Shown piece by piece: positions 34,901 through 46,722 of a DNA stretch of 62,763 nt (position 1 is the first letter of the stretch; the number at the start of each line of letters is the position of its first letter). Source of the DNA: Psammoneis japonica. Taxonomy: Eukaryota. The notes under the pieces are model-generated. The model searched no databases. It worked only from the letters and a program-made list of their open reading frames with translations, and was not told the DNA's origin. The stretch is taken from contig QPGO01000008.1 of the NCBI GenBank assembly GCA_008632985.1, positions 848,979 through 911,741 on the forward strand. Reading direction: 5' to 3'. Both the position numbers and the translations under genes were made by a program.

Positions 34901-37900
34901 TCCCGCCACAGGCAAACCCTGGCTGCCTCCAGCTTTAATGAAACACCAAATCAGGTGCACACATCATGTCCCACAAGACAAGGCTTGCTGCACAGCTGTG
35001 AGACATGCCCATGTCAGAAGACCTTGAGGTGAGAAGGTGTCTTTGCAGATCAGGAGTGGGTCATGGAGAAAAAAGCCTTGGTGCTCCATTCCATGTGATG
35101 AGTTGACAACAAACCATGATCAGCAAGCATGAGACATTCAGTGTCATTTTCAAAATGCAGGTTTCCAGAGGAGCAGTGAGTCAAGGATGAGTTTCCAAGA
35201 ATCACCTTCCCCATTTGTTGCATCAAAATGCCTTGGAGTTGCCAACTGTCTTCCAAGCATTGGTCACAGCAGCTGTCTGAAACTGCTCTGGACTTGGCAA
35301 ATGATCAGCAGCTGATGCTTTCCAAAGTCATTGGGAGTGGGAATTGCCGGATCAGATGTTGCTTGAACCATGACCTTGCAAAGATTGGCCCAGTTCTTGA
35401 GATGAGCTGGATGTCCTTGTGAAGGGCTTGCAAAGAGAGGAGCTTTCTTGACAAGCACTTCAACGGTGCAAGAGGTTGTGTCTTCCATGAGCACAGCTCT
35501 TGGCATGATGAGATCTTCAGCAATCTTGTGACAGATGGCAGCAACAGAACGTGGGGGTGCAAAACCATCCAGAACATCACCTTCAAGATCAGAGGCACTG
35601 CATTAGAACAAAGGGTGCTCAGGTGGATGTGGGCATCAGCAGAGTGATTGTCTTGCTGAGGACCACATTGTGGGGGACGTCTTTGGAAGTGAGACTGTCG
35701 AAGAAAGTTACGTAGAATTTGCACTAAAACAGTCTGTCAATCAGTGCGATTGGGGCGTTTGGGAACGCTGGACAGATCCCACGTGTTTTCTTGTGCATGC
35801 AAAATTGCACTGGAAATGCCCCCAAACACACTGGCGATCAGACCGCCTTGTCAATCTCACTTCTAAAGACGCCCCCCAATTGGTTGATGCTGTCTTGACC
35901 AAATTGACCTTAATGTGTCACGTTTTTGGCCATGTTTGGTGCACGAGAAAAAATCAATTTCTGCACAGAACTCTGGTGTGTTGGTCACTGTGACCACAAA
36001 CCAAGTTGCAGGAACAAACATGCACCACCAGTGCTGTCAATTGATGTTCAAATGTGCTTGAAATGGTGAAGAGAGACAGCACAAAATGCTGCCCCCACAA
36101 CCTTGCAGATTGGTGGTGGCAATGGTGGGACAACCTCACAATGCCCAGGACACCACAATGGTGGTGCCATGTGCCAGATGTGAGAGAAAGTGAGAAGGAA
36201 AATCATTGGATCTCTCAATCTGCCTGTGCCAATGGGTCTGTCTGCATCACATGGGTGACACAAGTGCGCGGCTGCCAATTTGCAACACCAGAAGTTTCTT
36301 GCATGGGAAGAAAAAGTGCGCATTTCAAACAAAGAATTTTTGTCTACCCAGCTGTGCATGTGCCACCAAAGAAAGGAGCAGTTCTAAAGCTTTTTAGAGC
36401 TGAAGCTTGGTTGTCCAAGAACAAAGTGAGGTGGGCCAGTTCACAAGAAAGGACTTTTGCCTTCTGCAAGAGAAAGCTGAAAGAAGAAGAAGCTGAAAAA
36501 AAAAGACAGTGTGCCACAGAAACATTGAAACCACTGAGAGACAGCTTGGGAAGAGCCAGCCAGATGTTGACAGAGAGCATCAGCTCTGTCAGAGCACACA
36601 TTCTTTGGCACGCAAAACACCACAAATCTGTGGTGTGGACTTCTCCCACACAACACCGATGAGCAAAACTTTGCTTTTGATTGGTTGCAAGACACACAAT
36701 CCAAGAAATCCCAACTTTAAAAAAAGTGGCACCAGAGCTCCTTCACAGGATCAGAGCAATTGTGAACAAGAGTTTTGGAGAAACCAGTGGCTGCTTTGGA
36801 GCCATCCCCTTTGCCACTTTGGCTTGGTTCCTCTGTTCCTCTCAATGAGCTCTTTTGGGAACACATGAAGTGCTTGCACATTGTCTTTTGTGGCAAAAAC
36901 CCCTGGATTTGTTTCTGCAAGAATGTGTGGCCATCAGCTCATCAGGCAGTTGAGAAAAGAACAACCACAGGGGCTGGCAGCACTGCAGAAATGGTGTGGT
37001 GCCTTGGAATCATGGTGTTCACCAATGTGGCAAAACACCATGGCTGTGTTGACATTTGTGTGTCTTTGTCAAGTCCAACCCCTGCATCACCCAGACATTG
37101 TTGTTGACAGAAATGCATGCCATGTCATGGCACCTTGATTGTCATCAGCAACTTCTTGTTTTCACATCTGCTGCATGAAGAGCTGCTCTCAACAAAGCCG
37201 CAACTTTGCAGGTAATCTTCGCCCTCCTTTTGCACCACAGCAGCTCCCATTTGCATGATTCCTCTGCTCTTCAGCCATCAGGACCCAATTTGTCAACACT
37301 GGAATTCATCTGTGACGGGTCTTTTTTCTTCATTGCAAGTGGGATGACTGTTTTCCAGCAATGCTCCATGACAGGATTTGAACAAGATTTTAGTTTGTCA
37401 CACACAATTGTGTGTGCTCTCAGCTCCGCGCGCGTTGCGCGATGTAGTTTGCTTTTGAGCCACAGAGCTCACAAGAACAATGACAGCAGCACCGACATCA
37501 CGACACCAGTCTTTCGGCTCCTGTGACGGTCTCTGCACGGAGACTCATCTGCTGTTTAGACAGCAGTGAGGAGTTGTTGTTTTCTTCCACCCAGTCATCT
37601 TCATTTTCTGTCACTCCAGGAGACATGCAGACAAAAGAGAAGTGCCTGATGTGGTTGACTTTGAGCACAACCCAAGCATGCTTTCCCACCAAACACTTTG
37701 ATCTCAGAATTCAAAACCTTGGCCCAAAGGGGCCACATGGCAGCTGCACTGGGGCACAACATCACAGCAACTTTGTGCGAAGCTGTCAAGGATTGCCTTT
37801 TCAAGGACTGCCCCTGATCTGCATCAGATGATGTGTTGTTTGAAAAATTTGGCAGATGATGATGAACAAAGCAATGCTGGGTCATGCAAGGGATCAGGTG

Positions 37901-40250
37901 CTGTGAAAGAGAAGGGGTTTGCCAACATGGAGGAGGTTGGCAAAAAGCTTGCAATTTCCACCATCACTTTTGAGTGTCAGCAACATGTTGTTGAGACTGC
38001 TTTGTGATGCAGGGACTCAGCATCTGAAACAGACCAATTTGGAGACCAACATGCACAGGTTCATGGCAAGGAAGAGTCCAGTCATTTTGCTCTGAACATT
38101 TTTTCAGCAAGAAGATGACGTGCTTCTTTGGCTTTCCTCATCCTCCCTCTCTTCGCACACACAGAATTTGGATTTAATCTTTCATCAGAGTCAGCTGCAT
38201 TTCTTCAACAGTTGTCAAACTGCTGTCATCCAAGGCTTTCAAAGAAACTTTGCATCACCAGCAGATCACCAATTGCCACCCCATGCTGTCAAGCCTCCTG
38301 ACTGCAGCACAGCCTGGCTCATCAAAGAAACTGTACCAGCAATTAAAAGCACTGCCAGCACAATTTGTTGGAGGGGGTGGCAGTTGAGTTTGGACATGAG
38401 GAGACATTTTGCTGTGCACTCAGAGCAAAACAGAAAGACACCCAAACTGCCTGGGCACAGACAACAAACCAGCACTGAATGTCAAGAGCTTGAAAATGTG
38501 ATGGTGGTCAAATTGTGCATTTCTTCTTGTGCGCTGAATCTGCCAATTTGGAAATGCCTCGTCTGGGTGGAGCAAGGTGTTCTGCTTTGACATGGGTTTC
38601 AAGTGCATGGCTGCCAAGTCTGGACACCCAAAGTTCCTGGTGTGGAAAGAAAAAAATGTGTGCAGAAAGAACTCATGTCTGGCTTTTCTCTTGTTCATTG
38701 CCTGGGCAGCACAAGGTGTTGTGTTTTGACATGGGTTTCAAGAGTGTGGGGTTGCCATGAAGCCCCAACACAAAAAGTGTCTGGCGTGGAAAGAAAACAT
38801 TGCTTGGGTTAATTTTTCTCTGCCCAGCCATTCATTTCCTCTGGAGGAGCTGACTTGCCCAACAAAACAAAGGTGGGGCCAGCTCAGAAGAAACATTTCT
38901 GGCATGCAGCATGAGAGCTGAAAGAAATTGTCAAAAAGAAAAAAGATGCTCCATGGAAACATCGATGCCACACTGAGAAATGGCTTTGGAGCTGACCAGA
39001 CTTTGACAGGGTGCATCAGAGTGGAAGCTCTGTCAAAAAGCATTCTTTGGCATGCAAAATGGCAGACTTCCCTGCAGTTGTGTTGGCACTGATGCACAGA
39101 GTTTGCTTTTGCTTGGCTGCAAGGTGCAACCAGAGAATCCCTGATTTTCAATGGACCACCAAGCTCTTTTGGGTTTGGCACAAGCACAAACCCCATGGCC
39201 CCCAGTTTGACCAGTCACTTTGGAGCCATGCCCTCTGCCACTTTGGTTTGGCACCTCTGCCCTTCTTGACAAAAGCTCTTTGAAAGATGCACACAAAAGA
39301 AGCACGCGGTGTCTTGGGGAGGGGGTGCACAAGTGTGTGACAGCAGCAGCACAAACAACTGCTGGGTTGGCAAGTTTTTGAATGCCGTGAAAGAAAATGC
39401 AAGCACCAGTGCCAAGCAGACCATTGCACTGTCATTTCATGACAGAGAACCCTGGATTTAGCTCTGCAAGAATGCACGGCAATCAGCTCAGCAAGAAGCA
39501 GAGAGCAACAAATTGCAAGAAAAAGAGCATGCTGCAAAAACAGTGTGAGATGAATTAGAAGCATGTGGTGTGTGCCAGTGTGGTGACAATGCCTGTGCTG
39601 ACATGTCTTGTGTCTCTTTGTCAGCCCCCACAGCACAGAAGCAAGTTTCTCAAAGAGACTCTTGCTGCAGGAGCGCAAAAGTTCTTGGCATGACAGACAA
39701 GCACATGTCTGAGCCGTGTGGAAATTGTCAACAAAAGTACACATGATTGTGGCATCTTGATTGTTGAAAGCAACCACATGAAGAATTGCTTGTGCACAAA
39801 GCTGCGACTTTGCATGGGGCAGTGGTGCCAATCTCCTTTTGCATCGTGGTGTGATCCCCACCACTGGCACATCTCATCCACTCTTGAGGTGACACCAGCA
39901 TCCAATCCTTCATTGCTGAAATTTGGCTGCATTGGGTTGTCCTTGGCTTCATCAAAGCACACAGAAATTTCTTGCACTGGTGTGAGGACCTCAAAGACCA
40001 TTCTCCAGTGACACTTGTGGATGCAAAAAAGGGCTAGAAATGCCTGTTGGCACCACAGTTGACTTTTGAGTGCAACCTGAGCATCAGACGACCTCCACCA
40101 AAGTGGCCATGGCAACTGTGCTTTCCTTGGGATGGAGCTGCCAAAGACTGCCTTCCAAGGACTGCCCCTTTGCATTGAGGATGATGAACAAAGCAATGCC
40201 AGATTGTGTGGAGGATCAGGTGCTGTGGAAGCAGGGGCTTGCCATGACGG
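31990..40250. other. TpA/CpG-depleted degenerate domain 4 (about 8.3 kb)
   Basis: TA and CG are rare throughout except for a small island near 35670-35880. Dozens of spurious, nearly Tyr-free ORFs. Confidence 0.85.
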
Positions 40251-40342
40251 AGATAAACAGAAAGCTTGGCATTTCCATCATCGCCCCTGAGTCCCAGCAA
40301 CATTATTTGTCGAGACTGCTTGCGCAAGCACTCAGCATCTAA
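36050..40342 (+). pseudogene. Tandem pair of decayed paralogous coding sequences (about 2.3-2.4 kb period)
   Basis: QWLLWSHPLCHFGLVPL (about 36790) vs QSLWSHALCHFGLAPL (about 39215). Blocks 37780-38010 and 40135-40330 are also clearly homologous. Confidence 0.65.
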
Positions 40343-40609
40343 AATAGAGCACGCAGGCAGGCAAAATACTCATTATGCTCTAAAACCTTTCTTAGCACAA
40401 TGACGAGATTCTTTTGCTCTTTCCATTTGTCCTACCCCCTTTTCGCGCGCACAGGCTTCGGATTTCGTCTTTCTGTTAAAGTTTTGCTATCCAAGGCTTT
40501 CAAAGAAGCGTTACGACACCATACGTTGAGATTGGAGCGCCTAGTTTGAGGACGAGGGCGAAGACAATTAGTAGAAACACAGCTGCTTCACGTCGTGTTG
40601 CTCCGATCT

Positions 40610-41656
40610 TCATCTGTTCGATGCCGGTCTCAGTAGGTCGTCTGAATGGTACCAGCTATTAGCATGGTCCCGAAGACAACGGCTTTTTACCACAATGCAG
40701 CGTAGTTTAGAAGTCCTGCCATAAGCACAAACGAGTTGCCTAACCAGCGCCAGCGCCTCGAGTTCTCCATCTGCCCCTGATATTCCTCCGACATCGACGT
40801 AAATGGCGTGAAACGTTTGGCTGAGCATTAAGAGCTCTGATGTATCCCATGCATTGACAACTTCAAAGCGGCAATTTTTGTATTTGGCTCTTGCTCTCTC
40901 GATGCAGAGTTTTCCGATGTCAATGCCGATCGCGACTGTTTTCGATGCTTCCGACAAAAGAGCTGTAGATTTTCCAAAATGGCATCCAATCTCAAGCACA
41001 GAGTCACCTTCTTGAACTACCAGAGGAATGGTGCTCCGGTAGTCGGTGACTCCCACTGCACATACGACTTGCACCTGATTTCCGTCACGATTGCTCCAGT
41101 CCGATTTTTGAAGTTGTGGAACAGTATGAAATGTTCTGGCATGTTTGGCCAATAGCCTTGATTTGACAACAATGGTATGGGGTTTTAAGAGACTCCCAAG
41201 GAGATTAACAAGAACGATTGAGTCGACAAAAATATCATTTCCGTGTAAATTACTGGGGTCGACACAAACAACAGCGGTGTCCTCTCCAGCGGCATCCAGA
41301 AGAGACTGAACATCCCATACGGACCCTTGAAACACACGCGGAGCTATACCAGAAGCAAGCTTAGCTCGTTCTTCCCCTCCATCTGATCCACAATGGATTA
41401 TCAAGACATTATCGTTCCTCGAAACGAATGCATCTATGCTGTTGTTGAATTCTTTGTTGGATGGAGCACAGACAACCTTGATATCTCGTTGCTTTTCTCG
41501 AAACCTGGAGCGTTTCACGCCCGCTGATCTGTACTGATAATCCCATCGTTGCTCTTTCTTTTCACGAGGCCGTAATGCATAGATCAATACTAATGCACCG
41601 ACAGCTGCGGCTGTGCATGTCCAGCGGGAAATCATCCCGTTGCCATTTCGTTTCAA
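40610..41656 (-). CDS. Class I SAM-dependent methyltransferase-like protein
   Basis: VLEIGCHFG motif I, IGIDIG, FEVVNAWD, YVDVGG. N-terminal hydrophobic anchor. Confidence 0.8.
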   Translation of the reverse strand: MKRNGNGMISRWTCTAAAVGALVLIYALRPREKKEQRWDYQYRSAGVKRSRFREKQRDIKVVCAPSNKEFNNSIDAFVSRNDNVLIIHCGSDGGEERAKLASGIAPRVFQGSVWDVQSLLDAAGEDTAVVCVDPSNLHGNDIFVDSIVLVNLLGSLLKPHTIVVKSRLLAKHARTFHTVPQLQKSDWSNRDGNQVQVVCAVGVTDYRSTIPLVVQEGDSVLEIGCHFGKSTALLSEASKTVAIGIDIGKLCIERARAKYKNCRFEVVNAWDTSELLMLSQTFHAIYVDVGGISGADGELEALALVRQLVCAYGRTSKLRCIVVKSRCLRDHANSWYHSDDLLRPASNR

Positions 41657-41774
41657 CTTCCATCACGTTGAATTTTGTTGTTAGGTTGGTACGTTACGCA
41701 CGTGCGTCGGCCGTGTCTTGCACTCCTATCTCGCACTCGTTTCCGGGTAAGGCTTGGGGTAGCTATAGTAGTAG

Positions 41775-42620
41775 CTAGCTTCTAAAGCTGTTATCACTAT
41801 CAATTAAGCACTGCCTCATGAATTTATAGAGCGTTCGACAGCCATCACGACCAAGGTCAACAGCCTGGGATGACGCTTCCGAGGAAAGTCTTCCTGCTTG
41901 ATCCCACAGCGTCACTTCTTTCCAGTTGGGCATTATGGCAAGAGTTACCACGGCGTTGGCTGCCTCCTCTTCGTCTTCGGTAGGATCTGCCAATAATTTC
42001 TGATTTGAAAAGCATGCAACTGTAGACGACACCACAAGATCACTCATTTCAACGTGGGCATTAGCTAAGGCGAGGCTAGACGCAACTACAGCTGCCGACA
42101 GAGCGCTCCCATCGTCCTGCAAAACCGTAACACAAATTTTCAAAAGACTCTTGGGCAATTTATCAAGTGGCACAGCCGCAGATAGCGCATCATAAAGATC
42201 AGAAGACATTTCAACTTCACGAGACATTGTTAGTGACCCCAATTTCCCCATGGATGTTTTCATTTGCGCATCGAGAGGCATGACGGAAGAGGCCACTTGG
42301 CGTTCAGGCCTTATTCCGATATGCGGAGCATATCGCACACTGCAGCGCATCACCCCTTCATCCATGACAGTATTTGGATCCGCCACAGGACCTTGTACCT
42401 CGCATAAAACCTTGGTATGTCCCAACTCCACCAGTGCAGAACCGCTTGCGTTCGTCACGGATATTTCCATACACAACCGACGAAGGGCGAAAGGACCACG
42501 CGTTCCGTCTCCATCGCCGCTTGATCTTGACGAGAATAATCGTTCTTGTCGCTCCTCAAGTGTTTCCTTAGCATAAGAGGATGCAACAAGAGGGACGTAG
42601 CAATTCGATAGCGTGGCCAT
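41775..42620 (-). CDS. Exosome RNase PH-like core subunit (Rrp41/Mtr3 group)
   Basis: ASGSALVELGHTKVLCEVQGP, VLQDDGS, SLALANAHV, LADPT..EE. Confidence 0.85.
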   Translation of the reverse strand: MATLSNCYVPLVASSYAKETLEERQERLFSSRSSGDGDGTRGPFALRRLCMEISVTNASGSALVELGHTKVLCEVQGPVADPNTVMDEGVMRCSVRYAPHIGIRPERQVASSVMPLDAQMKTSMGKLGSLTMSREVEMSSDLYDALSAAVPLDKLPKSLLKICVTVLQDDGSALSAAVVASSLALANAHVEMSDLVVSSTVACFSNQKLLADPTEDEEEAANAVVTLAIMPNWKEVTLWDQAGRLSSEASSQAVDLGRDGCRTLYKFMRQCLIDSDNSFRS

Positions 42621-42667
42621 GGCGCTCGTCTTCTTTCCGCAAAGAAGGTTGGGATGAGAATGTAAGT

Positions 42668-42854
42668 CGCGAGGTCTGAGGTCTAGATAAAAACCATTAG
42701 AGGTCTAATACATTTTTTGAAAAACCATTAGACCTCGCAAGACCTCGAAGCTTTTGTTCTCATCGTGGTTCGCGAGGTCTGAGGTCTAGATAAAAACCAT
42801 TAGAGGTCTTATGCTTTTTTTGAAAAAACCATTAGACCTCGCAAGACCTCGAAG
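42668..42854. repeat. Two tandem units of about 83 bp (103-bp period), each with an internal inverted repeat
   Basis: CGCGAGGTCTGAGGTCTAGATAAAAACCATTAGAGGTC...CCATTAGACCTCGCAAGACCTCGAAG at 42668 and 42771. Confidence 0.92.
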
Positions 42855-43270
42855 TTTCTGGTCGCCAAACGCCCGGGACTGCTTGGAGTCGTGTTTCAAA
42901 GCTTGCTTGCACTCTCCATCGTGAGCCGAGGGACAAAGCTCTGGCTGTTGCGTTGGTGCCATTCTGGTGTTGTTGGTTGTCTTCATTTTGCTTTTGTGCG
43001 GTGTCTCTGTCGATCCAAGAAAATTCGTGCTGTATGCATGCATGATGTGATTTTTTTCTCCTCCGTCTGTCTGTGTGTCTGTCCACTTTCGCGCCAAAAG
43101 ACGATCATTTGAAAATCAATTTCTCAGTACCGGCTCCACGAGGATTCTACGTACGTGCCAAACCGTGAGATTTGTAGTGCGACCGCCGGCTACCGGCGAC
43201 AGAAAACAAATCCGCCATCAGCCATCAGCAATACCGGTACCGGTAGATATCGATCAGATTGCGAGCAACC

Positions 43271-44716
43271 ATGGCGAAGAGCGACGAGCTTCAGACTGAC
43301 GACACGGTCCATTGTACAGGAAGTCACCAGTCGTGTGATTATCCACGCGTGAAGAATGCTCTGATTGCATCGCGGTGTTGTTTCGTTGACGACGGTCCGC
43401 CTGTAGAAAGCAGCACTCGCCGTGATGTTTACACGACCAATGACGACGACTCTACAGAGAAGAAATCAGACAAAGGTTTGACGGACCCAATCAAAGCAAT
43501 CATTCAAGGAGAGCCCGATACCGCTCTTGCCATTCTTGAGGACGTGAAGCTCGGTAGCGACACTGTCAATCCGGCAGACGTCTGTACAGACGAAGACGGC
43601 AACACAACGCTGTACTACGCGATTCTGGGAGGACATCTCGAGCTAGTCGAGTGGCTGCTGTACCACGGCGCAAACGTGAACCGACCTGTATTGCACTCGA
43701 ACACTCCGTATCAGAAGCATAACGCACAACCACTGAATGCCGCTTTCATAACTTACAAAGTCAACTACAACGAAAACAGCGACAAGAAGAAGATTCAAGA
43801 CAGCAGAGAAATCATCATAAGCCTGATCGAAGCCGGTGCAGACCTTTCCAATATCACATCAAGAGGAACGCCTTTGTTTATTCTTATTGAGCTCTTGGAC
43901 GGGAGCGACTGGAAGTTTAAGCTTGAGCTTATGGAGCTCATGCTGGCCAGAGGCGCTGCAACTACATCTTGCGAAAGCGAAGGACTGACCTTGTCGCCGC
44001 TCGCGCTCGCTTGCTGCAAGTCATACTTTGGTTCTCAACACAATCAATTGAAGGCCGTTCGATTGCTTTTAGACTACGGAGCGGATCCTGGTGATCTCGT
44101 ACACGAAAGTACGGATAAGCAAATGCCGCTGTTGCACCTCGTGGTGATGAAACGCAATTGGCGAGTTCTGAAAGTTTTGCTCGAGTCGGAAAAAGGCCAA
44201 GCTATTGTCAACGACACGGGTGTCTATGTCAGCCGTGAGCATGACAAAGGATTTTGTGCTCTCGCTATTGCGCTATTGGACAGGAAAATCGACAGCAAGA
44301 GGTGCGAAGTTCGCAAATGCGTCGCCCTGCTTTTGCAACACGGCGCTGACCTTTATCTACCTTCCAACGGTTGCTCTATCTACGACCTGCTTCTAGAAGA
44401 CACCAAGTCCCCAAAGATTCGAGCGCTCAAGCGACTGGTTGACGGGTGTCCTTCGGGAAAAGATAGTCGTGCTTATTGGACAAGCGCCGAAGTACAAGCG
44501 TGGGTCGGAGCTTCCACCCGTGAGCACGACAAGCAGTGTCCCATTTGTTTCCGTTGGGTCGACAAGGACCGTCTCTCTGGAGGCTTTGAATTCAAAAGGT
44601 GCTCACGCTGTATGAAACAGTACTACTGTAGCCGAAAATGCCAGGTGGAGGATTGGCCGAAACACAAAATTGTTTGTGAGAACAAGAACGGAGAACGCCT
44701 GGCTTCTTCGGACTAG
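43271..44716 (+). CDS. Ankyrin-repeat protein with C-terminal MYND zinc finger
   Basis: GNTTLYYAILGGHLELVEWLLYHGANVN and further ankyrin repeats. CPIC...RCSRCMKQYYCSRKCQVEDWPKHKIVC. Confidence 0.92.
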   Translation: MAKSDELQTDDTVHCTGSHQSCDYPRVKNALIASRCCFVDDGPPVESSTRRDVYTTNDDDSTEKKSDKGLTDPIKAIIQGEPDTALAILEDVKLGSDTVNPADVCTDEDGNTTLYYAILGGHLELVEWLLYHGANVNRPVLHSNTPYQKHNAQPLNAAFITYKVNYNENSDKKKIQDSREIIISLIEAGADLSNITSRGTPLFILIELLDGSDWKFKLELMELMLARGAATTSCESEGLTLSPLALACCKSYFGSQHNQLKAVRLLLDYGADPGDLVHESTDKQMPLLHLVVMKRNWRVLKVLLESEKGQAIVNDTGVYVSREHDKGFCALAIALLDRKIDSKRCEVRKCVALLLQHGADLYLPSNGCSIYDLLLEDTKSPKIRALKRLVDGCPSGKDSRAYWTSAEVQAWVGASTREHDKQCPICFRWVDKDRLSGGFEFKRCSRCMKQYYCSRKCQVEDWPKHKIVCENKNGERLASSD

Positions 44717-45970
44717 AGATCTATATTACGACCACCCTGCTTTTGAGGATGACAACGTACTCTTTTTCAAGACGATCTTTATATCTTCCAAGTGAGACTC
44801 TATGCATATGTCCAGATACTACAAGAAAATTTGTTGGAAGTTGCCGTTCGGTATTATGTTGCGATCTGGTGGACGGATCCACATTCCATCATAGCTCCCG
44901 GGCGTCAGCTTGAATTTCATAATTAGATCTATTTATTTGATAAATGTAATTTACGCTACGGGTAGAGAGGGAGAGCGAGATCTTGAGCGTAATGTTGTAG
45001 CCTTGAGGCGGATTTTATGGATTGGCTGTCCTAGAGAGTGAGGAGCGGAGGCTGATCAGTGCCACGGTGGCTCCTGCAGGAAAGCTAATTGAATAGCTAG
45101 AAGCAATATAGCTACGTGGTCATATACAAACAAACGATTTTCCGTAAGGTAATCATCTTAACTCGAGAGAGTTGCCGCTCCAGGCAATCTACCACACTTC
45201 CTTGTCAACTTTTCGATTGATCTTTACGGAGGGGCTTGGCTCCATGGCATGCCTGTCTCATGATAAACCTGCTAAAAAGAACGGTGTCATAGTTGAAAGC
45301 TACCACATCTTAGGATTTTTGTCGTTCTTACTCACAGCAAAAGTCGGAAACCGTAAGAATAGAGAATAGACTAGGGAGAACAAGCTACAGCACACATCAC
45401 CACGAGTTCAACATTCACAGTCAAAGGAGGAGCGGTCTACATCATCCTTAAACACAATGTGGGACGCGACCCGACGAACGGCACGTCAGGGCCTACGATT
45501 TGAGTTGTCGGTAAGAGAGGTGGATAAAGAACGGCGTGGCCTATGTCACAGCAACTCAAAAGAAAGTCTCACCACAAGCCCTTGTCACAAAAGGCGGATT
45601 CAATTTCCACATGCAGCAACACAACGCTTTTTCTGTCTATTTGTTTTCAATTTGTACGCTACGCCACTGAAACGAACCTCCCCTCTTTATTTCGTTGATC
45701 CGCGGCGAGTTCGACCATCTTCAATTTTTTTGAAAAAAAATGTGAATGCTCCCTCCGACAACGCAACGTCTATTCACATCAGTGCATGCAATGAAATTTT
45801 TAACCGGTATGTCCGTCGCCAACACGTCCGTCCATCGACCACGCCACCCGGACGCGCCATGACACACAAACGACGGCCGCCGTTGCCTGCGTTGAGCGAG
45901 TTGATGCACTACTTCAACTTTCTGTTGTTGCGTTGCTAGAGCTAGAGTCGACGAAAGACAAGAAAGCAAG

Positions 45971-46588
45971 ATGCCTCGATTCTTCGACGACTATTCGAAC
46001 ACTTACTTGACTCACGACAGTGCCGCGGGGCGTAAGCAGCAACGACGGGGGTGGAAATTTCGAGAGAACTTCAAGCTGCATTACGAAAAGCATCTGGAAT
46101 CGTGGAGACAAGGTCCGATGGGTTTGGCCGCGGCACAACAGGCCTACCTGAGGAACGTTGGAAGCAACGGTCCTGGAGTTACTCCATTGCCGGAGGGCTG
46201 GAAAGAAGAGGTGGACGATGCAACGAGGATAACCTTTTATATTTCCCCCCATGGGGAGCGCACTTGGGTTAGACCGAATTTCATCCCGCCTCCAACAACA
46301 TCAGTTCCGCCACCACGTTTTGCCGGTCCTCCACCAACCAGGCCACCTCCTAGATATCCACCAGGACCGCCGCCGCCCATTGGTGCAGGTCCGCCGCCCA
46401 ATTTCAGTGTACCACCGCCGAACTTTGGTGGGCCGCCACCTCCTCTCCCTCCTCCTGGTGGACAGGGTCCTCCTCCGCCGCTTGGACCAGGGCTGCCTCC
46501 GCCAAATCTGCCTCCACCCGGGCAAGGACTGCCTCCACCGGCCCTACCTCCTCCAGGACAAGGGCCTCCGCCACCTACGGGTGCATAA
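45971..46588 (+). CDS. SNRPC: U1 snRNP protein C-like, with WW domain and Pro-rich tail
   Basis: MPRFFDDYSNTYLTHDS aligns with the U1-C N-terminus (MPKFYCDYCDTYLTHDS). LPEGWKEE...FYISPHGERTWVRP is a WW domain. Confidence 0.8.
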   Translation: MPRFFDDYSNTYLTHDSAAGRKQQRRGWKFRENFKLHYEKHLESWRQGPMGLAAAQQAYLRNVGSNGPGVTPLPEGWKEEVDDATRITFYISPHGERTWVRPNFIPPPTTSVPPPRFAGPPPTRPPPRYPPGPPPPIGAGPPPNFSVPPPNFGGPPPPLPPPGGQGPPPPLGPGLPPPNLPPPGQGLPPPALPPPGQGPPPPTGA

Positions 46589-46722
46589 AACGCGCTTTGT
46601 TCCGTGTACAATAACACTGTTGAGTTCCCTAGATCAATGTAAACTAGATTCGCAAGCTCAACAAAGGCTGCTTTAATTGTAAAACATTTTAAAAGATGCT
46701 TTGTACTCGCTTTGTACGCGAT

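Noticed and set aside
31886..40342. Dense overlapping ORFs in all six frames, here and in the other depleted domains
   Set aside because: A by-product of TA loss: TAA and TAG stops are removed, leaving Tyr-free, Cys/His/Trp-rich translations. Not real genes and not an alternative genetic code.
46237..46617. Gly-rich minus-strand ORF
   Set aside because: Antisense shadow of the Pro-rich tail of the U1-C-like gene.
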